NCBI RefSeq assembly: GCF_004010195.1
Contig: NC_057718.1
Coordinates: 91,187,986 to 91,251,985 of the forward strand
Source: Chiloscyllium plagiosum
Lineage: Eukaryota
Reading direction: 5' to 3'
DNA length: 64,000 bases
Each line of letters opens with the position of its first letter. Positions within the stretch are counted from its first letter, which is position 1. Position numbers and translations under genes: made by a program. Positions 51,071 through 63,474 of this stretch are shown in pieces. Below the pieces are notes generated by a model. That model made no database searches and was not told the origin of the DNA. It saw nothing but the letters and a program-made list of their open reading frames with translations.

Positions 51071-54000
51071 TGTCGATGGTAACAATGAGCCTTGTGGGCA
51101 ATATCAGAAACAAAGCAGATGGTCTGTAATGTGATAATTCAGCTGCACTGTTCAAATGTTGAGACATGGTGGCCTTAACATGGAGGTCTTTGGAATTCCT
51201 CTCCATGGATGTTGTGCATGTTGCCTTGATTTAGATGCCTGCGGTTCAAGCCTTTTGATACACCTACAGATTTCATGTGTGACAGAAATAACAAGGACCT
51301 CTTCTGCTCTCTCTCCCCCCCCCCCCCCCGGCCCAACCTCACCCCCAACCTCTTCAGTAACAAAGAAAGGCATCATTGCATATAGGATAATGATATGGAC
51401 ATTTTATGGGCCCAGTGAGCAGCTCCTGAACTTTGTGCAGGCTATAGGACCTTGGAAAGTGACTGTTGCTTACGCAACCAGGGTGGATCCTTCCACACCG
51501 TAAAACATTCCCTGTGCCTTATAGCCATTAGTAGGATTGACTTGCAATGCTGAATGATGTGGCCAAGAATGCTTGAGGCCAAGATTTTTAGTTGACACAG
51601 TAGGTCAAAGCATGAAGGCCACATACAGCATTTTGTGCTAATAGATGTCCTTCATCTCCTCTATGTGGGTAAATGTTCAGTCCCCTTTGAAGGGTCTCAC
51701 ATTGTCAAGATGTAAAGCCCCTTGTCTCAGAGAAAAACATTCACTCTGCCCACTCTGGGTGAGGTAGGAGCCATTTTCATTTCCATTACACACTTGTAAT
51801 TTGAATGACTATAAAAGGCATCACAGGTCGATCTTCCTGGAGTGAGTGACCGAATTAACCTTTCAATTTAGGTGACTCCCCAAGCTTACATGTTCCTTTT
51901 GTTTTTGCTGTTTTGATGAGCGAGGTGCAATGTTGCCACCAAGTAAGATGCCCTGGGTCACCCTCACAGAACTATGTCATCCATGAGTTTGACCTGAAGC
52001 AGTATATGGCTATCCTATCCCAACAAGGCTGATGACTCCATTATACACTTATTCTAAGCATAGATTCAATGCAACTTATTCTTCCACCAGCCAGACTGTG
52101 GGGCAATCCAAAGGCATCGTCAAGATGAAGTTCTAATGTTTGGATTGGTCTGGGTAGACTTTGCAGTACATTTGATCAGAGTGTACTGCATAACCTTGCA
52201 TGCTCTGCACGACAGCAGCAGACAAAGAGAGGATATGATGGTGCTAAAGAACTAGCAGGCAGCAGTAGTCTTCTGAGGAGGATGAGGATATTGAGCAGGA
52301 GAAACAACACCTTTGCCATGATATAGCAGTGCAGCATCAAGTGCAACAAGGCAGAGAAGACACCCCTTAATTGACAGTTGATATGAGTTGGGTGTTTGTA
52401 AATTTGTTGCTGCTCAAAGGACCAAAAACCGTGTTATAATCCCAAAAATAAATACAGCTTTTTTTTGTTCTTTCTTTTGTTGCTGAGGAAAACTTTATGT
52501 TAACAATTGTTTGAAGGCTTCACACCAACTGATGCTCCCATATTAAACAATCACAAGATCTTACGGGATATTGAGCACTAGGGAAAGAATAGCACTTCGT
52601 CAGACAATGTTACAACAGGAAGTTTCACTAAACAATGGTAGTTTCTGTAGCTTCTGTCTTGTACCTGCAGCTAAAATGACAGTTGCTCAGACAGATGATG
52701 ATTTAAACTGCTAATATATTTCCAAATATGATATCTTTGTGCAGTTAAGTGTTGACCATGCCACTTGTGCACTTTCTTTTTCCGTGCTCTCCCACTATAT
52801 AATTGCAGTTGCAACACCTGCAGGTGGGGTGGACGGAGCCCCACTACAATGGAGCTTGTTGGCCTTAACAATTTGGGTGGACAACCCTGGAACATTTGTA
52901 GCTATAGAGCCCAGAGTGAATCTCAGCTGGATGTAGGTTCACCCTCCTTGGTTTGAACTTCCACACGGTTGGGGTTTGTGTGGAGGATGGTGATGGAAGG
53001 GCTTAACACCTCTGAAGTATCCTGGAACTCCATCTCAACATCTACCCACACCAGTGGTTCAACAAGGCAGCTCACCACCATCTTCTCAAGGGAATCCAGG
53101 GTGGACAATAAAAAGCCCATTTCCCTCAATGAATAATGAAAAGGTCAGATGTCTGTGCTGTATGAAGAACAGTTTGTGGCCAGTTTTCTCGAAAAAAGAT
53201 GTCTTAGTGGCAACTCTCCTTTGTTAAGATCAGGGGAACTCCTCCACAGAAAGGCCTGTGGTTGGAGCTGGAGCCAGGCAGGAAGGAAGGATGGACACAC
53301 GCACACACACACACACTTAAAATCCAGCCCAATGTAGTCATAGCATGGAATACAATTCATTCTTACTAGCCTCTTTTCCTGTACGAACATTATGTAGCAT
53401 GCCTCTTTCTTGTATCTGTCAAAATGTACAGATTATTTATCCAAGTTTTGTATGGAAACTTCATGTGCACATGTTTGAATGTAACGTTTAACAAAAACAT
53501 CCTATTTAGATTCTGAGATTTCAATTAATTCGTCCAGATATTGTGAAGGCCAAAGAATCATTTCTGTTGCGTAGACTGTAATTGCATATCATGTGGAATC
53601 CATGACACAATTGAGAATTGACTGGGAAATGGAATTTTTCAATGTGTGAGTCCCCTGCATCTGGAACCCTCCAAATTCTGAGGGTTCTAACTGACTTAAG
53701 CTGAATAACTACTCAGAAAAGATAATAGGATAAAAAAACCCAGGGTTTCTAGCCGAAATTCAAATGTCTGAGCTATTGTATGAGAAAATCACTGATGCAA
53801 ACCTCTTCAGCCACGCTGTGATGCAATTTATAAAGAAACCACAAAAGACACTGAACTTTCACAATGGTTTTTTCAATATTCAATAAGCTATATTTCATAA
53901 TTTATGTGCAACTATTTAGGTCTGTAATTTCTTTAACTGTCCCAAGAATATTCAAGTAGAACTTCCACCTGTCCTGACCCCATGAAATTTCCTTAGTCAG

Positions 54001-54631
54001 GCCTTATTTTTTGTTCGTGATGGGAATCACATGAGGGCCCAGCAAAGCCCCTGAGGAAAGTTCTGGCAATGTTACAGACAAGAGGACATGATAATTTTAA
54101 AAGAGTGGAAAACCAAAAAAATGAAGAGACCTAGTTTTCCTAGAGGCATGTTCAAAAATGGATCAGATATACTACGTAACAGGAGATAAAATTATTGTTA
54201 AAGGACCTTTTACTGTTTCCTGCAGTGCCTTGCGGATTACGGCTACCTTTCTCTTGTCAGCCTCTAAATGTAATGGAATCTGCGAAGAATATCATCTGCA
54301 TTGTAATTTACAAGTGGCAGGAAGGGTAGCACCAGCGAACAATTGTTTTATTGAGCTGGAGATAAAAATGTAGGTCTTCATAGGCATGGAAGTAGCCCCC
54401 ACTTGACTATTTTCCCTCTTGATCTTCTATTATCCTATCTAATTTGGAGCAGTATAGTATTAGAAAATTAGCACTTTGAAAATTGTAAAGAATCACAACA
54501 CATACCTAATTTATGGTTTAGTTTAGAATTGTATATTGACATTTAAACATTGTGATGCAAACTCCAAGAAACATTTATAATGGTAATTGAAACACTTCTG
54601 AACTGAAGTCCTTGAATTCTTGACTCCCCAG

Positions 54632-54764
54632 GATAGAGGATCATGATGATGTCACCCCTATCTTCAACAAGCAGACTGATACACTGAGATACACTTATGG
54701 TGAATACTTCCTGGCAGAACTAATAGAAGCTCAAGATGAAACGACCCGAGCTGCGGTCTCTGAG
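54632..54764 (+). CDS. CFAP61: CFAP61 coding exon 6 (IEDHDDVTPIFNKQTDTLRYTYGEYFLAELIEAQDETTRAAVSE)
   Basis: CAG/GTCTGT boundaries, 133 nt, EDHDD...TYGEYFLAELIEAQDE motif, in phase across a 27.6-kb intron. Confidence 0.92.
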
Positions 54765-55690
54765 GTCTGTGTTTAGCTTTGTTTTTTATCATGCTAATAA
54801 ACTTATTCTTAGATTTGTTTAAAGAGCACCATGTACATGTTACATGGCAACATACACTATATAGCAAATACAGTACTCTGTTAAGACATGCAGAGAAAAA
54901 TAGCAAATAGTATAGATAAATACTAGTAAGAAAGCTAGTAAAGGATGTTAAAACAACTAAAGAAACAGGTATTGTACCAAATAAAGGACATTATATAATA
55001 ATTGCCCCTATACCATACAGAGCGAGTTTTAAAGTCTCTACTATATAAAGTGAGTTTTTAAAGCCTAGGACTATAGCATGGGAATTTCTGGAATTTATAC
55101 TAGAATATATGACAATTTGAAAAATTTGGCTTGCCCTAAGTCGGAAATCAGTTGAGACTGCCAAATGTAGCTTGGCTGTGATCTCTAAAGATGTAATAAC
55201 CTTACAGATTTCTGGCTTGAGATATACCAAATTGTAAAGCATGTTAAGTAATATGTACTTCCTTGAGGTTTTGAGTGTGACTTTTTAGACAAGGCTTGTT
55301 CTAAGTGCTTCAGGAGAAGTGCTATTGAATCAAGCAAACCAAAACACCCCAATGGGTGAGCTAAATGTGGAGTTTAAAATTCATGATTCTACAGGTGACA
55401 TATCAGAGTCCCTCTGTTAAATGTGAAAGATCAGTCAGATTTCCCACCTTTTGTTTACTGTGCCATATCCCCTGCTTTAAATTCTGAGTCTATGAATGTC
55501 AGTGAAAACCAGTTCAAGCATGTCTGTGATACCTGTTTGATACCAAAATTCGCCATTTAAACTGGCACATGAAGGATGACAATATATAAGTGCTTTGGAT
55601 GAATCTGGCACCTGTAATCAAATTGCATGGTCCTGATCTAGAAATGTGGGAGTGGGAAGATGTAAATTCATGACCCTTCCATTGTGATAT

Positions 55691-56356
55691 TGTGATGATG
55701 CTGTAGCTTTAATAAGGCTATTTTGACTTTGGGTTTTTTTTAAGAGAGGTCGTAAAGGCAAAGATGCCAAAATATCCTGGATGAGCCCCCAATCTGTTTT
55801 GGACCAGGCCAGACCCCCTCAAAATGTTTCAACAAGGTAGCCTATACCCTAACTTTTTCTTATTTTAAGGGCAGATGTGAAATGAATGTTCAAGGTGTGA
55901 TGCAGCTGGTCAAACCACTCAGCTTTAAGCAAAACAGAATTCATTTAAAAGCTACAGATGAAACACAAACAAAAGAAAACAGAATTTGGAATAACAACTA
56001 TTTGAAACCTGAACTGACCCAATACTGCAACTTAATTAAGGAGCAGTTCCAATTCCATAAACACACCCCTTGGCAAAGGTAAATTCAAACACAGGTTCCT
56101 ACAGGCAGAAGAGATTTCAGAGAGAGAATCCAGTCAGGAATCATCTGCTGAAGCAGCAGCTTCTGTTCCTGCTACCAGCAGTTTCTCTGCTACAATTAAA
56201 CCAAACTATTAAAAAACTGAACTGTGACAACTGGCCACTCCCCTGCCATTGTTAAACTAGACACTTTTTTTGAGACATTTCATCACCTCTGCCTTTACAA
56301 GGCAAAAAAAAAACCCAAGGACAAAATAACCTTGTTAAAGTGACAGCATTGTCACA
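55691..56356 (-). mobile_element. LTR + 18-nt tRNA-Pro PBS + inverted LTR-end fragment, ATAT TSD
   Basis: LTR 55795-56356 is homologous to the other Gmr1-like LTRs. PBS at 55774-55791. Segment 55691-55773 is an inverted copy of the LTR end ~56275-56356. ATAT on both sides. Confidence 0.8.
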
Positions 56357-56707
56357 ATATATTTAAAACTTAAATTCTGTACTTTAATTTGAGCCTTTTC
56401 CTTTCCTTGCCATCTCACTCCCATTACTACTGTTAACTGTCAGAGTTTACTTTTAGTGAAAAGCAAATTCTGTTTCTTGTTATGCATATGTTTTGCATTA
56501 GGCCAGTGCTGCCTTGTATGTGTTACATGTCAATACAAAAGACTTGTGTTGGGTAAGTGCTCACTAAGCCAGAAATTAAAAATATTACCTCTGTATCATA
56601 TGCTATGTACCAAACAGCAGGCGGAGAAATATTGAAATAAGAAGCCTACATTCATGGCTGCTTCACGAAGTGCCCAAATTAATTTAGCAATAGCATGCAA
56701 AATAGAA

Positions 56708-56912
56708 CACAACAAATGCTGGAGATCAAAGTGGGTCAGCTTCCGTGGAAAGAGAGCAAGCTAACGTTTTGAGTCTCGATGACTCTGATGGAGGGTCATC
56801 TAGACTCGAAACAGTAACTTGCTTTCTCTTCGTGGATGCCTCTTGACCTGCTGTGATCTCCAGCATTTGTTGTTTTCAGTACAGATTCCAGCATCTGTAG
56901 TAATTTGTTCCT
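56708..56912. mobile_element. Family B-like fold-back insertion
   Basis: 15-bp TSD GCATGCAAAATAGAA (56693-56707, 56913-56927). Core CTGATGG A GGGTC ATCTA GACTC GAAA at 56785-56811. Confidence 0.7.
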
Positions 56913-57591
56913 GCATGCAAAATAGAATGTGGCTCTTTCCACTTCTAAACTTGTCATGGTTGTACCCATTTTGTACCTGTAAATGAACAAAATATTGTTG
57001 AATTTCTACCTCAATAATTTTTCCAATAATTCATAAATTGGCAAATAGTCACAATAAAGAAGTAAATTTGTGATGGTCACATGATAGTGAACATACAAGT
57101 TTTATTGTTAAGGGCTGAATTAAGGGTGAGATTGCAGTTTGTCTGCCATTTTGGCCCCAAACCTCAGTGGAGGTGCCCTCAACTTTTAAGGCTGGGGTCT
57201 ATCAGCATCAGAGGATCCATGCCACAAATAGGGGACTGTGTTCACTGCTGTGACGGTTTTCAAAACCATTCCAGCAAATGTGTTTTCCTTCCACCTAGAT
57301 TTATCTCCCTATCCATATACCTGCTATATAATTATGTGCAGTTGTTCTCCCAGTCATCCACCTGCATTTGTCACACCCATCTTACCAATTGGCACGCCAA
57401 TGCTCCAAATTGCAGCTATCTCGTAAAAGATTGTAATACTGCCCTTGCTGTCAACAAGTGCATGCTCAGGTGCCCCTATGGGCCTGACATTGGTGTTCTG
57501 ATACCAACAATAAGCTTCTGGCCAAAGTTTCTTTGTTCAGAAGCTTAAAACAACCTATGCTTATACAATGTTAATTTTATATGTTATGCAG

Positions 57592-57733
57592 GTAAATAAC
57601 TGTGCAGTGGGGTTCATAAGTGTGTGCAGTGAAGTGAATATCAAACTCCTGAATGAATGTTTTGATTTACGTCCATTTCATGGTTTTTGTAAAACTCAAG
57701 AGGAGTCGTCTCCAAAAATAACAAGGAGTTCAG
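57592..57733 (+). CDS. CFAP61: CFAP61 coding exon 7 (VNNCAVGFISVCSEVNIKLLNECFDLRPFHGFCKTQEESSPKITRSS); gene continues beyond the window
   Basis: CAG acceptor and AVGF.SVCS.VN..LL.ECFDL.PFHG motif. The donor CAG|GTACAA is less certain. Confidence 0.82.
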
Positions 57734-57869
57734 GTACAAGTACCCATTTTATACTTGTAAATGAGTGGAATATTGTTGCATTTCTATATCAATAAACTTT
57801 CCTATAATGCATAAATTGGCAAATAACTATTCACATTCCTGACTTGGAAATATATTGCAGTTCCTTCAG

Positions 57870-59060
57870 GGTTACATTTGGCCCCATGAGCTTGCTCCGC
57901 CATTCAATAAGGACTGATCCGACTTTCCACATGTCCACTTTCCTGTCCTTATCCCCTGAACTCTTGATTCCCCTGTTGATCAAGAATCTATCTATCTCAG
58001 CTTCAAATATACACAATAACTCTGCACCCACAGCTGTCAGTAGCAAGGAGTTCTAAAGATACATTATCTCCTGAGAAAAGAAATTCCTCCTCATTTCAGT
58101 CTTAAATTCAGAAGTCACATGATACCATGTTATAGTCCAACAAGTTTATTTGAAATCACAAGCTTTCGGAGCGCTGCTCTTTCATCAGGTGAAGATTTCA
58201 CCTGACGAAGGAGCAGTGCTCCAAAAGCTTGTGATTTCAAATAAACCTGTTAGAGTATAACCTGGTGTCATGTGATTCTGACTTTGTTCACCCCAGTCCA
58301 ACTCCGGCACCTCCACATAAGTCTCAAATTGGCAACCCTTTATTCTGAGATGATGCTGTCTGGTCCTAGACTCTCATAGTTTAGGAATGTCATCTCAGCA
58401 TTTGCCCTGTCAAGTCCCTTAAGAATCCTGTATGTTTCAATGAGATCACCTTTCATTCTTCTAAATTCCAATGAACAGAGTCCCAATCTGTTTAACCTTT
58501 ACTCATAAAACAATCCTTCTATTTATCCCAGTGACCGTTTTCTGAATCACCTCCAATGAAATGATATATTAAATAAGGAGACCAAAACTGCTCACAGTAC
58601 ACCAGATGTGGTCTCACCAATACCTTGTACAATTGGAGTAAGACCTCCCTGCTTTGTAGCTACTTGTCTTAGGATCCTAGAATGCAAGCCATTAGGACCA
58701 GTGAACTTATCTGACTTTAGCCCCATTAGGTTGTCAACTTCTTTGGTGACTGTGATGGTACTCAATTCCTCCCTGTATTCTTTAATATTAATGGAATGTT
58801 CGAACTATCTTCCATTGTAAAGGTTGACGCAAAATATCATTTTAACTCCTCTGCCATTTCCTTGTTTCCCAAAACCATCTCTCCAGATTCATGTTCTGAG
58901 GGGCCAATATTCACTTTGATCTACAGCTTCCTTTTCATAGATCTAACTAACCTCTTATTGTCAGTTTTTATATTCCTTGTTAGTTTGCCTTTGTGGTTTA
59001 TTTTCTCTTTCTTTATTATCTTTTTAGTTCGCTTTTGCTGGATTCTGAATTTATCCCAGT
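57870..59060 (-). mobile_element. Decayed CR1 LINE fragments
   Basis: Similar to the CR1 3' end and linker seen at 1-500. Confidence 0.7.
58109..58319 (+). mobile_element. Family C fold-back Penelope-type insertion
   Basis: Inverted arms centred ~58195. Core CTGATGA A AGAGC AGC GCTCC GAAA GCTT on the minus strand (58188-58160). TSD AGTCT(T/C)AAATT. Confidence 0.7.
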
Positions 59061-60195
59061 TTTCGGGGCTATCGGTAGATTATCCTTTGTCAGAATTCAA
59101 TTAATTCAGGATGTTAGTGGTTTTAAGCAAGACAGGAAAAGAGGTGGAGGAAAAATAAAAGAGAAGGATAGGATAGAAAAGCGAGAGTGAATACAAGAGA
59201 ATGATAGTGCAATGCAAAAAATAGTTGGTAATAGGATAAGAAGTAAAAGGTATATTCAAATGTATGTGAAAAGCAGAGTGGATAGGCAGGACATCGGAAA
59301 GTTCCTAGCCCTATCGGGTACCTCAATACTACGTGCTAGGTCACCAGAAGTTGGCAGTCATTAAGAGGCTGGCAGCCTTTGGTTCCTAAATATGGCCTAG
59401 GGAGGCCCTGGTGAGGATCTTACAGTGTAAAGGTAAATTTATTTTCCCTTCTTGTTGTGGGGTCAGAGTCACATGGGGGGGTGAAGTCAGGCATGTTGGA
59501 AGCAAGGGCAAGGTGGGGGCTAAAGAAGGTCACTCTTTTGACTTCCATCTTTGCCTTCAATTATCATCAGATAAACACAGCACACAGTTCACTATTGTTT
59601 CCCAGGTGGAAACTAACTACCTTTCTCTTCCACTGTGGAGGCAGGTGATCAGGAAGGTGGTGAGATGAGGTCCTAAGTGACTACTAACTGACTAGTTAAG
59701 AACTTTAATTGCTGGCAAGTTGGGAAAGTTGCCCATGGACCTTCTCACCCAGCATTTAATTACAGATGAAATGAGAAGGAGCTAGTTTCTCTCCAGAACA
59801 AACTTGCGCAATTGTTTCTCCTTTTCACTACCTGTCTCTTCTCGAGGGAGGTGAAAGTTCACTTAGGGTTTGAAATTGTTGAACTTAATGCTGACTCCAG
59901 ATAATCATGGGGAAGTGGCACTGAGCAAACTGTTGGAGCTGGAGGCTGAGAGGTCCCTGGATCCTGATGAATTCCATCCTTGGGCCATAGTGTGTGTTCT
60001 TAAGAGGAGGTGTTGATTAATGTGCATCAGACTTCTCATGCTGTAGGACTGTTTGCTAAACAGTAACTGTACTGTCCTTGTCAGGTTGACCTGCGGAAAT
60101 AGAGTATTCAAAACCATTTCAGCTCACAGAAAAGAACAGCAGTATCCCTCCTAATTTCAGATGAGACAAAACACTAATGCTTACAAATTCAGACA

Positions 60196-60422
60196 GTTAA
60201 AAATCACACAACACCAGGTTATAATCCAACAGATTTATTTGGAAGCACTAGCTTTCGGAATGCTGCTCCTTCATCAGGCAACACCTGATGAAGGAGTGGT
60301 ACTCTGAAAGCTAGTGCTTCCAAATAAACCTGTTGGACTATAGTGCTTCCAAATAAACCTGATGTTGTGTGATTTTTAACTTTGTCCATCCCAGTCCAAA
60401 ACCGGCACCTCCAAGTCATAAC
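60196..60422 (+). mobile_element. Family C fold-back insertion (further copies 61620-61740, and ~12810-13770 interrupted by CR1)
   Basis: Inverted arms, CTGATGAAGGAG...GAAAGCTA on both strands, flanking TTCAGACA repeat. Confidence 0.68.
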
Positions 60423-60789
60423 TTCAGACAAAGCACTGTTTTAGTACTTGTCAGTCCCGTGTGCAGACGTTTTAAATCTCAGTCCTTCTGTGTTCTAAAA
60501 TAACAGCTTGCAATTTTACAGCAACTGTTGTGTAATGTCCCAAGATGTTTCACAGGCATGTAAACTGACAAAAGGTGACAGTGATCCCAAGAACTAAACT
60601 AGGAAAAAAAATGAAGGGCTGATCAAAAAGCTAGTTTTTAATGAGTGTCTTAACAAAGAGAGGGAGTAGATCAAATGTCTGATGGCCAGTTAAGCCTTGG
60701 TCAATATTGCAGAAAACTGAGGAAACTTTACTTGCAGGCAGCCTCGCTTACCTTCTGCATTTATAATGTACACGGAGTTAAGGCCAAAA

Positions 60790-61289
60790 NNNNNNNNNNN
60801 NNNNNNNNNNNNNNNNNNNNNNNNNNNNNNNNNNNNNNNNNNNNNNNNNNNNNNNNNNNNNNNNNNNNNNNNNNNNNNNNNNNNNNNNNNNNNNNNNNNN
60901 NNNNNNNNNNNNNNNNNNNNNNNNNNNNNNNNNNNNNNNNNNNNNNNNNNNNNNNNNNNNNNNNNNNNNNNNNNNNNNNNNNNNNNNNNNNNNNNNNNNN
61001 NNNNNNNNNNNNNNNNNNNNNNNNNNNNNNNNNNNNNNNNNNNNNNNNNNNNNNNNNNNNNNNNNNNNNNNNNNNNNNNNNNNNNNNNNNNNNNNNNNNN
61101 NNNNNNNNNNNNNNNNNNNNNNNNNNNNNNNNNNNNNNNNNNNNNNNNNNNNNNNNNNNNNNNNNNNNNNNNNNNNNNNNNNNNNNNNNNNNNNNNNNNN
61201 NNNNNNNNNNNNNNNNNNNNNNNNNNNNNNNNNNNNNNNNNNNNNNNNNNNNNNNNNNNNNNNNNNNNNNNNNNNNNNNNNNNNNNNNN
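60790..61289. other. Assembly gap (N run)
   Basis: Run of Ns. Confidence 1.
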
Positions 61290-61778
61290 AGCACTGTCCC
61301 CATGACTTGTCCTATCTGCCTACCTTCTTTTCCACCTATCCACTCCACCCTCCCCCCTGACCTATCACCTTCATCCCCTCCCCCACTCACCTATTGTCCC
61401 CAAGTCACATGAGTACCTGCTGTGTACATGGTGGGTGGCGTGTGACATGGTGTTGTGGTTGATGTTGTCCTAAAGGCTGGGCAGTTTGCTGTGAATAATG
61501 GTCTGTTTAAGTTTTGGTGGTTGTTTAAAGGCAAGAAGTGTAGGTGTAGGGAAGGTCTTGGCAAGGTACTCATCCTCATTGATAATGTGTTGTAGACTGC
61601 AGAGGATGTGGTGTAGTGGCCTATCTGATGAAGGAGCAGCACTCTGAAAGTTTGTACTTCCAAATAAACCTGTTCAACTATAACCTGGTGTTGTGTAATT
61701 TTTCACTTTATCCATCCCAGTCTAACACTGGAACCTCCACTGGTACGCTGTTGTTATAATTGTGAAAGCTTTTTTTTT

Positions 61779-62095
61779 AGATTAGATTACTTACAGTGTA
61801 GAAACAGGCCCTTTGGCCCAACAAGTCCACACCGACCCTCCGAAGAGCAACCCACCCAGACCCATTCCCCTATATTTACTCCTTCACCTAACACTACGGG
61901 CACTTTAGCATGGCCAATTCACTAGACCTGCACATCTTTGTGACTGTGGGCAGAAACCAGAGCACCCTGAGGAAACCCGCACAGACACAGGGAGAATGTG
62001 CAAACTCCACACAGACAGTTGCCTGAGGCGGGAATTGAACCCGGGTCTCTGGCATTATGAGGCAACAGTGCTAGCCACTGTGCCACCGTGCCATC
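61779..62095 (-). mobile_element. HE1-like V-SINE (partial copies also at 21761-21888, 30532-30727 and ~1970-2110)
   Basis: Same structure as 5809-6126. Confidence 0.85.
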
Positions 62096-63474
62096 CTAAG
62101 TTTTGGATGATCAAAAAATTCATTCAGTTTTTTGGTGTTGCTGTGTTACCAGTTCTGAAATGTTCTATTCAAATTCCTTTAACTAGTTTCAAATCTGTGA
62201 TAACACTATGTGCTAGATGCAGAGAAGGGAAATGTAAAATCAACAGTAGAGGTTTGGATTGATGTTTAAGGATCAGAGTTAGTATCTACGTAGCATGGTA
62301 TAAAGTAACAGAACAACTGGTTGAAATATGCAAAATGTATTTGTGAATGCAAGTTGATACAGAAGTAGGAATGTCAGTTGTATTATCCTTTAGGTATGTT
62401 GGTCCCATCCTACACAAGGATTGTGGCCTTCTGATCACACCATTGGTTGATCTCCTAATACACAAAATGTGCTTAGTTCTTTGGATGCGAGGAAGGTGAA
62501 ATATGCATTCAACAATCAAATCAGACAATATCAATATTTCCCCTAAGGTGATGAACATCATTTTTGTTAATACAGTAGACCTATAATAGGTATTTCATCG
62601 GCTCCAGGAACATCACTGCTCATCAACTCTATCCATCCTAGATATGTGAGAGACCACACAAGCAGTGCCATGATTGAGTGACACCTCCATCAGGTCAGGC
62701 CAAGGAAGTTGTATGTTCACCATGGAGGTTAATCACTGAACATACTCCCAAGAGGCTGTCGATGTCCTTTTAACAAAAACACAAAAGAAAAACATGATAA
62801 AAACCAAAAGAACTTCAGCTGCTGTAAAATCAGAGACAAAAACAGAAATTGCTGGAAAAGCTCAACAGTCTGGTAGCATCTGAGGAGATCTGAGGAGAGA
62901 AAGAGTTAATGTTTCAGGTCCAGTGACCCTCAGAACTGATAATGTGCATACACATATCTCAGGAGAATAACATGCATATTCCAGTGCCCGCAAATATAGC
63001 CTTTTTTTCACATTGACTTTCACATGCTTCCCATTTCTTGTGGTTGTAAAACTCAGGTCAGAAAATGTGTTCGCAATAATATTCCCTATGGCTTGCTAGT
63101 CACTTAGTGTTCATCTGAAATCATGATTTCGTCTGTTTTGAATTCAATGTTCAAAATTGCTTCATGTTCATAAAAAATGACAGATCTTTGCATAACTGAA
63201 AATCTTAAATACAATTGTTACACTTCAGACCCAAGTTCTCAAATAACAATATATTATGAACATTTATAATAGTCCATATATATTACTGCAAAGTCATTTG
63301 TTGTCAAATGTAGCCACATTCAGATTTTTCAAGACCTGTCTCCCTCAGCTTACTAATGCCTTGGCTTCCTCAACATCATCATGGTTCCCTAAGCGTCTCC
63401 ATTAGACTCCTTTTCTCCCTCATCTTAGGAGATAGGTGGCTGTTCTATCTTCCTGTCTACATTCTCACAGTATC

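Larger units (their letters stand above)
48170..52400 (+). mobile_element. PIF/Harbinger DNA transposon remnant (Myb/SANT-like exon plus HARBI1-like transposase C-terminus) with nested CR1
   Basis: RAPHFMDVDLEILLEAV...QCRRKFIDLIHSGK|GTGAGT at ~48215-48425. GYPI..RLMTP...RFN...GIVKMKF*CLDWSG*TLQY at ~52005-52170. Confidence 0.6.

Noticed and set aside
53958-54064. Short TIR-like pair AGAACTTCC / GGAAAGTTCT (possible MITE)
   Set aside because: The match is too short and imperfect, and there is no clear TSD.
60075-60160. Possible next CFAP61 exon after CTTGTCAG
   Set aside because: The required phase gives an immediate TGA, and no recognisable CFAP61 similarity was found from 57.7-64 kb.
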